This document shows, in pieces, positions 24,964 through 33,772 of a stretch of DNA of 33,772 nt. The notes under the pieces are model-generated. The model was given only the letters and a program-made list of their open reading frames with translations, did no database searches and had not been told where the DNA came from. The stretch's first letter is position 1. Each line of letters starts with the position of its first letter. A program made the translations under genes and the position numbers. The DNA is from a virus (taxonomy: Duplodnaviria; Caudoviricetes): positions 1 to 33,772 of IMG/VR virus record IMGVR_UViG_3300017716_002486; one strand, written 5' to 3'.

Positions 24964-25553
24964 ACTGTTTTAAAAATTTTCATTTTAGTTAAATCGGGCC
25001 AGTCCTCAACGACCCATTGTCTTGGTTTATCTTGTATTGCTTTTGGTAATTTTTCTAATCCTAATTTTGCAGTTTCGGGGGTCATATAGTAATGGTATCC
25101 GTAACATTCAATATTTTGTTCTCTCCAAGGAATATTTGGAATTCTTCCATCATATGACATTCGTTTAAGAATATTTGCAGACTCTTCATTATCAGTTAAA
25201 ATAACCCCACCTCGTCCTAAACTTAAATGTTTTTGATATTGAAAACTAATACACATAAATGTATTAGAAATATAACTACTTTTTTCCCATAGTACAGCCG
25301 CGTCTATGACATTTTCAGTTACATAATAGTAATTGACCCAATTTTCATCTTTCCATTCTAATTCAATATTTAATTTATTCGCCAAAAATGGTACTGACAA
25401 ATATGTTCTTTTTGGTACTGTAATTTTTTTAGTGTTTGTATGACGTAAACACAATTCAATTCCGTGTGTACAACTATCAACTAAAACTGCAAATTTAGAA
25501 CCGAAAAATTTGGATAACTCATTTTCAAAATCTGTTAATATATTAAAACTCAT
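24960..25553 (-). CDS. DegT/DnrJ/EryC1/StrS PLP-dependent sugar aminotransferase-like protein (short form)
   Basis: FENEL...AVLVDSCTHGIELCL, IDAA, SFQYQKHLSLGRGG (PLP Lys), GYHYYM. Confidence 0.85.
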   Translation of the reverse strand: MSFNILTDFENELSKFFGSKFAVLVDSCTHGIELCLRHTNTKKITVPKRTYLSVPFLANKLNIELEWKDENWVNYYYVTENVIDAAVLWEKSSYISNTFMCISFQYQKHLSLGRGGVILTDNEESANILKRMSYDGRIPNIPWREQNIECYGYHYYMTPETAKLGLEKLPKAIQDKPRQWVVEDWPDLTKMKIFKTV

Positions 25554-26362
25554 AATCTAATTATATTTTTTATTGTTTTAGAATAAATTACCGCAACATT
25601 ACTTAAATCACTAGTTCTACAAATTAAAGACCCACATTTTGAAAGAAGTAACATCTCTAAAAACGCCTCAAACCAAAATTGTTTATTTTTAAAAACAACA
25701 GGATTATTTAAAAACATTGATGTTGTATCATTATTTTCAAACACCGCCCTAAGTAAATCGTCAACGTAGTTTACATTATCTCCAAATAACGCTTTTAATT
25801 TTTTTAAACTTTCATCATTATCTGAGGCAACAAAATATTTAACATCAGGTTTTAAATGAGATTTAAAATCTTCAAAACTAACTACTCCATAATCACTTGC
25901 GTGATACATATTCATATCAGTTAATCTAATATGTACCCCAACTGTATTCTCATCAATGTTAAATTTATTTTGATAGTATTCAACCTTATCTAATAGTTCT
26001 TTTTTTAAATTAATTTTTTTAATTATTTCAGAATATTTTGGTAAATTAGATGAATTTTCAATAGGATTAAATTTACTGTAGTTACTTAATGAACTCTCAC
26101 AATCTATTTCTTTATAATTTACGTAAGAAACTGCACGTGATTTAAAATGACGATTAACAGGTGTAAATGAATCTTCTACTTCAGTAGTATCGTCAGGTAT
26201 TAACGTTTGGTCTAAAACACTGTCAAACATATTTGGGTTAGTTCTTGGGTCAATAATATTTAAATAATATGAATCTGCCTCGTGTAAAACTGCGTTTCTT
26301 ATACCCAAAATGTATTTAGAAAAAATTCCACCTGCGAACCATATGTTTAATTTACATTTCAT
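25550..26362 (-). CDS. Fucosyltransferase-like (NodZ/GT23/O-FucT fold)
   Basis: VGVHIRLTD, YFVASDN, AFLEMLLLSKC....RTSDLS match the three fucosyltransferase-superfamily motifs. Confidence 0.75.
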   Translation of the reverse strand: MKCKLNIWFAGGIFSKYILGIRNAVLHEADSYYLNIIDPRTNPNMFDSVLDQTLIPDDTTEVEDSFTPVNRHFKSRAVSYVNYKEIDCESSLSNYSKFNPIENSSNLPKYSEIIKKINLKKELLDKVEYYQNKFNIDENTVGVHIRLTDMNMYHASDYGVVSFEDFKSHLKPDVKYFVASDNDESLKKLKALFGDNVNYVDDLLRAVFENNDTTSMFLNNPVVFKNKQFWFEAFLEMLLLSKCGSLICRTSDLSNVAVIYSKTIKNIIRL

Positions 26363-26873
26363 TATTTTTTAATTTTTTTGCATTTTTTATTATTTTACTA
26401 CCGTCAATTTTTTTCACTAAAACTGCCGGATTACCTTTATATACTCCCCACTCTTCTGTATCTCCCATAAGTAAACTTCCTGCAGATAATAGAACGCCCT
26501 TTCTTAATCTTGACCCTGGCATTACTATAGAATTAGTACCGATATTTGAGAATTCCTCCATAATAATTGGAGATATGATTTGTTTTCCTTTTAGTTCTTT
26601 AGGTATTAAACACCCAAAAAGTCCACTACCGTCAAATCTATCCGAACCGCATATCAGTCTGGCACCTGACATAATATTATTAAATCCTTTACATTCAAAA
26701 TAACCGTCCTCTCCACCAATTATTGTAACATATGGTGAGATATGGGTATAATCACCAATTTTACAATTTACTGTTGAATATACTCCTTTATCTATTGCAA
26801 TATTTTTACCTAATTTTAATTCTCTTTTAAATTCAGAATCAGGATGAATATAAACGTTATTGTCTGTTATCAT
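26352..26873 (-). CDS. Hexapeptide-repeat (LbH) acyltransferase
   Basis: KIGDYTHISPYVTI, IGTNSIVMPG, WGVYKGNPAVLVK. Confidence 0.88.
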   Translation of the reverse strand: MITDNNVYIHPDSEFKRELKLGKNIAIDKGVYSTVNCKIGDYTHISPYVTIIGGEDGYFECKGFNNIMSGARLICGSDRFDGSGLFGCLIPKELKGKQIISPIIMEEFSNIGTNSIVMPGSRLRKGVLLSAGSLLMGDTEEWGVYKGNPAVLVKKIDGSKIIKNAKKLKNNEM

Positions 26874-27282
26874 TTATAAAAGTTTTGTCAAATTCTTGCC
26901 CTTCGTATGGACCTGTTTTATATTCGTAAACCAACGTATCATCTTCTAAAATTTCGTAAGTATGTCCACCTTCTAAAGTGAATGATGCGTCGCCAGGATA
27001 AAGTACTGGTGTAGTTATTAAAGAATCATCAGTGTCGTATAAAAGACATTTAACACTTCCTTGTATACACATCCAACTTTCTTGAGCAATTACATCGTAG
27101 TTACGTTCTTTCCAAATATGTTTATGAGGTGGAAATGTTTTTCCTTTTTCCATATTTAACATTCCACATTGTATAAAATTATTTTTAGGTACAATTTCAT
27201 TTCTACCTTTTATAATGTCTGACTTCCGAACAATTATATGTAATAATTTTTCAGGATTTACTTTAGAATATATTTTTTCCAT
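26857..27282 (-). CDS. Cupin-fold protein (WbuC / sugar isomerase-like)
   Basis: PPHKH...QE...IQG...GGHTYEILED...EYKTGPY; start at MEKIYSK (27282), just after the upstream stop. Confidence 0.8.
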   Translation of the reverse strand: MEKIYSKVNPEKLLHIIVRKSDIIKGRNEIVPKNNFIQCGMLNMEKGKTFPPHKHIWKERNYDVIAQESWMCIQGSVKCLLYDTDDSLITTPVLYPGDASFTLEGGHTYEILEDDTLVYEYKTGPYEGQEFDKTFINDNRQ

Positions 27283-27286
27283 TTTA

Positions 27287-28096
27287 TTAAATTTTAAACC
27301 AATTATTTGGTAATACGTCGTTAGTATTAAAAAATTGAAATGTTGGACCAAACCATTTAGACGGACCAACCACAATTTTATTTGGGTTGTTGTTCAACCA
27401 CGCTCCCCACCAAGAAAAACTTGAATTACAAATAATATTATTATCACATTTTGACATCAAATACAATTCAATGTAATCTTTTTCATCCTCAATAAAAATA
27501 AAATTATCAAATTTAAAATTCTCTTTACACCAAGGAATATCATCACTAAAAACAATATACTTTTCAGTATTATATTTTGTCAATCTAATACCTTCATTGT
27601 AATAGTCCATAGTTTGAGTTGGGTGGATATCTGGATTTTTAAGATAATCTCCACGTCGGACGTGTATTGAGGTTGTTTTAAATTGTAATAAATCACTGTA
27701 TTTTTGATTAATTATTTCATTAATTTCATCTGTCGGGGAAAATAAATCTTTAATAATCTCTTTGTTCTCAAGAAAATATTTTTCAGACTGAAAAAATCCA
27801 TCAATAATATAATCATCGTTAGGTATATTATATTTGGTATATTCAAATGGATACTCATACCTTGGTAAATTATTTTTAGGTTTTTCAGTTAAAACATTAG
27901 ATAACATTCGTAATTTTCGATATTCAAAACTATGAATTAAACTTGGTTGTTCAGATGAGTAATTATATAATGTTTTAAAATGTTCATCTAAATTCATAAT
28001 TGAAAATTCAGTATTTTTCTCAATAGAAAGTGATTTTGCTGTGGCGATTTGGAATAACATATTACATAATCCGCCTTTAATGTTTAAGTATATCAT
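27287..28096 (-). CDS. Alpha-1,2-fucosyltransferase (GT11)
   Basis: GGLCNMLFQ, GFFQSEKYF, SIHVRRGDY, FSDDIPWC, NSSFSWWGAWLN. Confidence 0.93.
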   Translation of the reverse strand: MIYLNIKGGLCNMLFQIATAKSLSIEKNTEFSIMNLDEHFKTLYNYSSEQPSLIHSFEYRKLRMLSNVLTEKPKNNLPRYEYPFEYTKYNIPNDDYIIDGFFQSEKYFLENKEIIKDLFSPTDEINEIINQKYSDLLQFKTTSIHVRRGDYLKNPDIHPTQTMDYYNEGIRLTKYNTEKYIVFSDDIPWCKENFKFDNFIFIEDEKDYIELYLMSKCDNNIICNSSFSWWGAWLNNNPNKIVVGPSKWFGPTFQFFNTNDVLPNNWFKI

Positions 28097-28097
28097 A

Positions 28098-29084
28098 TCA
28101 ATCTATTTTACCGTCACTATAATAAACCATCCAATAATTAATCATTTCATTTAGCATAGATTCAAATGTATAATCGTGAGACCATCCTGTTGATTTTATT
28201 AACTTTGAAGAATCTCCTTTTAAATCGTGAAGTTCCTCTGGTCTTAAAAACTTTTCATCTTGAGTTACGTATTCTTTATAATCTAAACCTAAAGAAGAAA
28301 ATACATAGTCACAAAGTTCTCTAACTGAATGAGATATTCCTGTAGAACAAACAAAATCATCAGGATTTTCTAATTGAAGAATTTCCCACATTGCTTTAAC
28401 ATAATCTTTAGCGTGACCCCAATCTCGTGTGGCGTCAAGGTTACCCAATTTTAATTGATTAGATAACCCTAATTTAATCTTAACTGCTTCTTTACATACT
28501 TTATTAGTTACAAAATTTGTTCCTCTTCTTGGTGACTCGTGGTTAAATAATATACCATTAGAAACAAACATACCATAAGAGTTTCTATAGTTACGACAAA
28601 TGTTATAACTGAACACTTTAGCACATCCATATGGTGATACAGGATTAAGTGGAGTAGATTCTCTCTGATAACCATCAGAATCAATTGAATTACCAAACAT
28701 TTCAGATGACGACGCTTGGTAAATTTTAGTATTGGGTTTAATAAGTTTTACCGCTTCTAATAAATTTAAAGTACCTATACCTGTAACATTTACAGTATAA
28801 ATTGGTTGGTCAAATGAAATTCTAACGTGAGATTGTGCGGCCAAATTATAAATTTCATCAGGCATAACTTTTTGAATTACACTGATTAATGAAGATACGT
28901 CAGTCATATCAGCATAATATAATGTAATCTTATCATAAACATTATCTAATCTTGCGGTTTGATTTTCTGCGACAGAATTTCGTTTTAAAATTCCATAAAC
29001 TTCATAACCTTTTTCTAATAAAAATTCTGAAAGATATGACCCGTCTTGTCCGTTAATTCCGGTTATAATTGCTTTTTTACTCAT
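28098..29084 (-). CDS. gmd: GDP-mannose 4,6-dehydratase (copy 2)
   Basis: ITGINGQDGSYL, YNLAAQSHV, YQASSSEMFG, SPYGCAK, NHESPRRG, RDWGHAKDYV. Confidence 0.96.
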   Translation of the reverse strand: MSKKAIITGINGQDGSYLSEFLLEKGYEVYGILKRNSVAENQTARLDNVYDKITLYYADMTDVSSLISVIQKVMPDEIYNLAAQSHVRISFDQPIYTVNVTGIGTLNLLEAVKLIKPNTKIYQASSSEMFGNSIDSDGYQRESTPLNPVSPYGCAKVFSYNICRNYRNSYGMFVSNGILFNHESPRRGTNFVTNKVCKEAVKIKLGLSNQLKLGNLDATRDWGHAKDYVKAMWEILQLENPDDFVCSTGISHSVRELCDYVFSSLGLDYKEYVTQDEKFLRPEELHDLKGDSSKLIKSTGWSHDYTFESMLNEMINYWMVYYSDGKID

Positions 29085-29872
29085 TTATTTTCTGATATTT
29101 TTTCTTTAATAAAATTTTCCCAATATGACATTTTTAATTTATCAAATGACCAATCTTTAGTTGTCATTTCTTCATATTTTTGATTTAAAAAATCATATGT
29201 AACTTCATCCCAATTGTTAATAAACAATATAGGTAAATCGTTTAATAAGTGATGGGTTTCTTCATAAATTACAATAGGTATACTCCCCATATACAATGCT
29301 TCCCATATCCTATGGGTATCAATTCCATTACCTCTCGGACATAAAACAAACTTTGATGATTTAATTTCTTGTAGGTATTTTTTACGTCCTTCTATTGTTG
29401 GTTCAATTCCCCCAATTTTTACCCATTTTTCCTTGGAAAATTTATTATATACTAATTGTCGCAATTGGGGATAAGTATTAATACTAAAATTAAGATAAAC
29501 TAAATTAGTTTTTTGAATGTCTTCGTTAGACACATCAACCATAATTTTTTTATTACCGTAGATTCTGTGTAATGGAGAATCACTACAATCGCTAGTAATC
29601 CCTAAAGGTATTCCAAAAGTATTTGGATTTTTACTAACTTTATTAATACAAAATATTTTATTAAATCTATTTGATATCTCTTCAACTACGGGATAGTCAG
29701 AATGTCCAATAACACAAATATTGTTAACTTTTGAAGGGTGAGTTTTTCCTCTCCAAGGAAACGTAGAGTTTAAATAAAAAAAGTCAGTTTTAATGTAACA
29801 AATATCATTATTGTTACAAAAATTTAAAAAACTATCGGGATTAATGATATCGTCCTCATTAAATAAAATCAT
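29081..29872 (-). CDS. Exostosin-like glycosyltransferase (GT47)
   Basis: SSKFVLCPRGNGIDTHRIWEALYMGSIPIV. Confidence 0.82.
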   Translation of the reverse strand: MILFNEDDIINPDSFLNFCNNNDICYIKTDFFYLNSTFPWRGKTHPSKVNNICVIGHSDYPVVEEISNRFNKIFCINKVSKNPNTFGIPLGITSDCSDSPLHRIYGNKKIMVDVSNEDIQKTNLVYLNFSINTYPQLRQLVYNKFSKEKWVKIGGIEPTIEGRKKYLQEIKSSKFVLCPRGNGIDTHRIWEALYMGSIPIVIYEETHHLLNDLPILFINNWDEVTYDFLNQKYEEMTTKDWSFDKLKMSYWENFIKEKISENK

Positions 29873-29873
29873 A

Positions 29874-30497
29874 TTATTTTACGTTTTTAAAAAGATAGTC
29901 ATTACTATTATAAAATTCAATCATTTCATATTGATTTTCAGACATAAATTCAAATATTTCATCTTTATGTGTACATTCAATTAAGATGTATTCAGGTCTT
30001 ATTTTGTCTAAATCCATTCCTAATAATACTTGTAACTCGTACCCTTCAACATCTAATGAGAAAAAATCAATTTTATTAATGTTATGTTTATCCAATAATG
30101 TCTGTAACATTATTGTTTCAAGATTATATGAATTTCTAATCATATTTTGACATTTTTCCCCCTCGGACATCCAAAATTCATCAGCCTCCTCACTTTTACG
30201 AGAATTTGCAACAAATGACATAAGATTCACATCATTAAATTTAACAACTTCACCATCTTTATCTGAAACACAAGCGTTTACACAAATTGATTTTTTTCTA
30301 AAATCTTTCATTAATCTATATTTGTAATAAATTGGTTCAACTAGCATACCTGACCAATTTCGGAATAATTCTAAATGTGCGGTGTTTGATTGTGTTATTC
30401 CGTCATTACCCCCAATTTCTAAATAAACTCCATTTTCATAATTGAGGTATTTCTCAATTATTTTTTTATCCATATCACCAACTCCAAAATATTGCAT
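29874..30497 (-). CDS. FkbM family methyltransferase
   Basis: GVYLEIGGNDGITQSNT, WSGMLVEP, IDFFSLDVEGYEL. Confidence 0.92.
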   Translation of the reverse strand: MQYFGVGDMDKKIIEKYLNYENGVYLEIGGNDGITQSNTAHLELFRNWSGMLVEPIYYKYRLMKDFRKKSICVNACVSDKDGEVVKFNDVNLMSFVANSRKSEEADEFWMSEGEKCQNMIRNSYNLETIMLQTLLDKHNINKIDFFSLDVEGYELQVLLGMDLDKIRPEYILIECTHKDEIFEFMSENQYEMIEFYNSNDYLFKNVK

Positions 30498-30510
30498 ATT
30501 TTATAATTTT

Positions 30511-31104
30511 TTAATTTATTTTTTTAAAAATTGAGAACCCATTACCATCATTAGTTTTTTCAAGTAATTCATAATTTTTATCATTGATTAATTCGTGATG
30601 AATTAAACTTGTTTTAATTTCTCTGATATCATCTAACGCAACTATTTTAGTTCTCTCTTTTAATTTATTCCATTCAGGATATGTTGAGAATTCCCCTCCA
30701 TCTAAAAGTAAAAAATCAATTTCATCTAAAATTTCGTCAATAACGTTTGGGCACATATTAATATTATCCAAATCTTCTTTTAACCATTCTTGTTTGAAAG
30801 ATTCTAAATTATAGTTTGATGAAAATGATGATACCTCATCATATGAAACAATACTACCATAAACCATTTTAAATTTACCTTCATATTCTTTTAGATTATT
30901 TACGGCGATATCAAAAAATGTTTTATTACTTTCTAATGTTACAAATTCTGAATCAGGTAACATTGATTCTAAAATACATAATGTGGAACCCATTCCTTTC
31001 CACGTGCCGATTTCTACAATTTTTTTACAATTGTAATTTTGAATTGTTTTTTTTAAGATTTGACCTCTTTCAGATGACTGAATCATTTGTCCTTGTACGT
31101 CCAT
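30511..31104 (-). CDS. Class I SAM-dependent methyltransferase
   Basis: IVEIGTWKGMGST, IDFLLLDGG, VALDD. Confidence 0.82.
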   Translation of the reverse strand: MDVQGQMIQSSERGQILKKTIQNYNCKKIVEIGTWKGMGSTLCILESMLPDSEFVTLESNKTFFDIAVNNLKEYEGKFKMVYGSIVSYDEVSSFSSNYNLESFKQEWLKEDLDNINMCPNVIDEILDEIDFLLLDGGEFSTYPEWNKLKERTKIVALDDIREIKTSLIHHELINDKNYELLEKTNDGNGFSIFKKIN

Positions 31105-31895
31105 TACTTTTTTATTTTTATGTTTATGTCGTTTATTGTATCTTTTAATAATTGAGAATAGTCGTACTGATTAAACTCACTTTTTAAATAATATTCTTTT
31201 CTTCTTTCATATTCGTTAAACTTATCTTTATGTTCAACAACTAAAGATTCATAAGACAACCCATAGTGATTGTATAAATCTCTTATGAAATCGTTAACAA
31301 AAGTTAATCTCCCTGAACCGACTAATCGGTGGGAAGTTGAATTTATTGATTCGTTTACCACGTGGATTGGATGAATCAAATCCCTATAAAAATAAGTGTC
31401 TCCAATCTCAATTTTTGTTTTATTGATTATAGAATTAAAAATTTTACCAAATAGAAAATTATTATCTCTGATTATAGAATTAAAATTGAATGGATATAAA
31501 ATAATAACGTTATGATAATTCTCTTGGTTATCAGTAATTAATTTAGTTAGTTTATATTTTGATTGTATATATGGGGTACTATAAAAATTATAGTCCATAT
31601 TTAGACTAATACTACCATCATACTGATTCCATAATTCACACGTTGAGTAAACTATAATTTTATTTGAAATGGTTTTAAATTTCTCAATAATATCTAAAGT
31701 TAAATGAAAATTAATATCGTCATATAGCTCAATGTTATCAATAAATTTTCTTGACTCCCCAAGACAGATAAAAACTCTATCCCATTCTTTGGATAACAAA
31801 GAATCGTAATTAATATTTCTTGATGGTATTTTTATATAATCATCAGGAAAATAATATGATAATTGTGATGTACTACCTATTACTAAATTATCCAT
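31104..31895 (-). CDS. Divergent NAD-dependent epimerase/reductase (extended SDR)
   Basis: YSTCELW, PYIQSK (YxxxK), PFNF, IGDTYFYRDLIH; degenerate Rossmann motif GSTSQLS. Confidence 0.75.
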   Translation of the reverse strand: MDNLVIGSTSQLSYYFPDDYIKIPSRNINYDSLLSKEWDRVFICLGESRKFIDNIELYDDINFHLTLDIIEKFKTISNKIIVYSTCELWNQYDGSISLNMDYNFYSTPYIQSKYKLTKLITDNQENYHNVIILYPFNFNSIIRDNNFLFGKIFNSIINKTKIEIGDTYFYRDLIHPIHVVNESINSTSHRLVGSGRLTFVNDFIRDLYNHYGLSYESLVVEHKDKFNEYERRKEYYLKSEFNQYDYSQLLKDTINDINIKIKK

Positions 31896-32256
31896 TTTTT
31901 AAAGATAGTTTTTCATACCCTAATTTAATTTCTGACAAACTATTTGAGAAAAATTTATTTTGTAATTCTCTTTTATGAATCATTCTTAGATAATTACATT
32001 TATCTACATAACTAGCCAACACCTCGTCGGTTTTAGCTTTATCCACCGCCTCAAAAGTTGTCTTATTTGACGAATATAATTTTAGATATTCTTCAGACTC
32101 AATAATTAAATTAAATTTTTTTAATCCAATATGTTCTATAAGGTCTGATTTTATAGTGTTAATAATATGGTCAATTTGGGAGCCATTTTCTTTTTTTAAC
32201 TCTAATATTGTGTAGTAGTCAAAAGCATAAGCTTCGTCAACAGTAATCTTTATCAT
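31888..32256 (-). CDS. Small helical hypothetical protein (DUF6165-like)
   Basis: MIKITVDE...DYYTILELK...N..R...K...EIK resembles small proteins found in glycan clusters (from memory). Confidence 0.5.
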   Translation of the reverse strand: MIKITVDEAYAFDYYTILELKKENGSQIDHIINTIKSDLIEHIGLKKFNLIIESEEYLKLYSSNKTTFEAVDKAKTDEVLASYVDKCNYLRMIHKRELQNKFFSNSLSEIKLGYEKLSLKNG

Positions 32257-32259
32257 ATT

Positions 32260-32919
32260 TTAATTAATGATTTCAAATTTATTTAATCCTACAGTGTTAT
32301 AATATGGTGAGTAACCTCTGACGTAATTGTGATAGAAAAATGTAGGTTTATCCATCTTGTAACTATTAACTAAACATTTAATACTTGATTCCATCAAATG
32401 TACTTCTTCAGCGTTTTCAATCAATGAAATTAGGTTAAATATATTGTGATTAGTGGGGTTCTCAATAATTTTTAAATCGGACCTAACTTTAGATTTATCA
32501 ATATTATGTGTGAAAATGTATCTCTCATTATTTGGATTCAACTCCAACATAATTTCTTTTTCGGTTTCAAAATCCCTGTCAATATGGAAATTTTGAAATC
32601 TAACTGAAAATGGTACATCATTTCCTTTATAAAAACCTTCATCAAATGTTGTACAATTGACTGAAGATAAAGATTCAAAACCTATTTTAATAACATCTTT
32701 TGAGATTTTATTTTCAAAAATATATACATTAACATCCCAATCTTCACCAACAGATAGTACCGTGATATTTTCATCATCTTGGTACATATATTTAACATTT
32801 TCGTAGTTATGAGGTTTACAGAATACCGTTACTTCACCATAAATTTCTTTATAGTGTCTAATAATACCATTACATATGATATGGTCGCCTAATCCTAAAT
32901 GATGGTAAATATATTTCAT
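32260..32919 (-). CDS. Putative glycosyltransferase (GT9-like GLGD motif)
   Basis: HHLGLGDHIICNG at the N-terminus, LIENAEEVHLMESS near the C-terminus. Confidence 0.55.
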   Translation of the reverse strand: MKYIYHHLGLGDHIICNGIIRHYKEIYGEVTVFCKPHNYENVKYMYQDDENITVLSVGEDWDVNVYIFENKISKDVIKIGFESLSSVNCTTFDEGFYKGNDVPFSVRFQNFHIDRDFETEKEIMLELNPNNERYIFTHNIDKSKVRSDLKIIENPTNHNIFNLISLIENAEEVHLMESSIKCLVNSYKMDKPTFFYHNYVRGYSPYYNTVGLNKFEIIN

Positions 32920-33542
32920 TAGATGTTCTTTAATAAGGTATTCATATCATCAATTGTTTTGATATAGTGAAAGGTAATATAATTTGATACATCGTCAACA
33001 GAGATACCATAAAAACTTGGTGATTGAGATTTAAAAAAATTGTAATCAATTGATTTAATCCCTAAATTTTGTAAAAATAAACCTAATGTAACATCAGAAT
33101 AACCTGTGTTTAATATTCTTACGTGTTGGGTTATTTTAGATAGTAATTCTGAGTGAATTAAATACCCTGCTCCACCTGAACAATAACTAAGACTAGTGTC
33201 TCCTGGCCAAGTACCACTAATAACTGAACCGTGAACAAATTCTTTATCTAATGTATCTACAAATTCTTCTAATTTTTTTGTATTAACAAATGTGTCATCA
33301 TCACAAAAGAAAAACCATTCATAATCTTTTATATTTTTTGAAACATAATGTAATGCGTTAATATGTTTATCTTCGTTTGAATGGTAATCAGTTCTATTTG
33401 AAACTTTAACTATATTTTTTTCATTATCTTCGTGGTCAGAATAAAACAAACAATCCACATTTTTACCCCAACTTTCTTTAACATTAAAGTATCTATCAGG
33501 GTTCATTGACCCGTGTAATAATACGTATAAAATTTTCTTCAT
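32919..33542 (-). CDS. Fringe-like / GT31 glycosyltransferase
   Basis: YEWFFFCDDDTFVN, YCSGGAGYLI, SDVTLG, ITFHY. Confidence 0.85.
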   Translation of the reverse strand: MKKILYVLLHGSMNPDRYFNVKESWGKNVDCLFYSDHEDNEKNIVKVSNRTDYHSNEDKHINALHYVSKNIKDYEWFFFCDDDTFVNTKKLEEFVDTLDKEFVHGSVISGTWPGDTSLSYCSGGAGYLIHSELLSKITQHVRILNTGYSDVTLGLFLQNLGIKSIDYNFFKSQSPSFYGISVDDVSNYITFHYIKTIDDMNTLLKNI

Positions 33543-33772
33543 ATAACCGCCAAATAATCTTGTCCAACAGGTTTATCGTTCTCATCAATCCTTTCTCCAA
33601 CAAATCTACCGTATTCTCTTTTAATTGGAAACGGTTGTTTTTCAAAAAAGTCATCGTGAACTTTTTGGTCGTCTTTAAAAATTGAATAAATTGTTTGTAG
33701 AAAAGTTTGGTCAGCTCCGTAACTTAATTGTTTGTTATTCACAAATTTTAAAATCATATCAGTTAAAGGTAC
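33539..33772 (-). CDS. C-terminal part of a probable glycosyltransferase-like protein (5'-truncated)
   Basis: Frame open to the window end (VPLTDMILKF...); YGADQTFLQ...VHD...FVGE. Confidence 0.55.
   Translation of the reverse strand, partial: VPLTDMILKFVNNKQLSYGADQTFLQTIYSIFKDDQKVHDDFFEKQPFPIKREYGRFVGERIDENDKPVGQDYLAVI

Noticed and set aside
27283-27375. N-terminal extension of the cupin ORF to 27375
   Set aside because: It overlaps the GT11 gene end; the ATG at 27282, just after the GT11 stop, fits better.
1306-31148. Short ORFs nested in or antisense to larger genes (1306, 2585, 3016, 3255, 3582, 4780, 5072, 6760, 6998, 7956, 10685, 11773, 11795, 12359, 13077, 16462, 16889, 23389, 28508, 30918)
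   Set aside because: They overlap well-supported genes, show no recognisable motifs, and many use non-ATG starts.
1-33772. Alternative genetic code (stop-codon reassignment)
   Set aside because: Conserved genes are full length and densely packed under the standard bacterial code.
1-33772. tRNA, CRISPR array, intron or intein
   Set aside because: Intergenic gaps are short, and I saw no cloverleaf, spaced repeats or interrupted conserved genes. A covariance-model search was not run.
20421-33772. Glycan cluster as bacterial host DNA (prophage boundary)
   Set aside because: It is joined without a gap to phage-type genes (sigma-like, phoH) with similar composition and compact spacing; no att site or integrase is visible. 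A read-coverage check is still advisable.

Overview
AT-rich segment of a large T4-like (myovirus-type) phage, most likely infecting Bacteroidota/Flavobacteria. Host clues are a Bacteroidota-type bS21, DUF4494- and DUF6576-like proteins, a TTG-N20-TATATTTG promoter and A-rich starts without Shine-Dalgarno sequences. 1-9.5 kb is the head module: large terminase (5'-truncated), portal, prohead protease, acidic scaffold and major capsid protein, with a ribosomal protein bS21 gene on the opposite strand inside it. An HNH endonuclease flanked by two copies of the same terminator follows. 10.3-14 kb holds small proteins, several sharing a 'K-I/L-T-E-S-Q-L-K / I-K-K-I-L-K-E' leader and [ILVM]-x-E sites, which suggests capsid-targeted, protease-processed cargo. 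14-20.4 kb encodes probable baseplate/structural genes and a putative phage sigma factor. 20.4-33.8 kb is a tightly packed minus-strand glycan-biosynthesis island: two GDP-mannose 4,6-dehydratases, GT2/GT-B/GT11/GT23-like/GT47/GT31 glycosyltransferases, methyl-, acetyl- and aminotransferases, plus PhoH. A TATTTAT motif recurs just upstream of about 10 gene starts and is a candidate late promoter. All product calls come from motif recognition by eye; no database searches were run.
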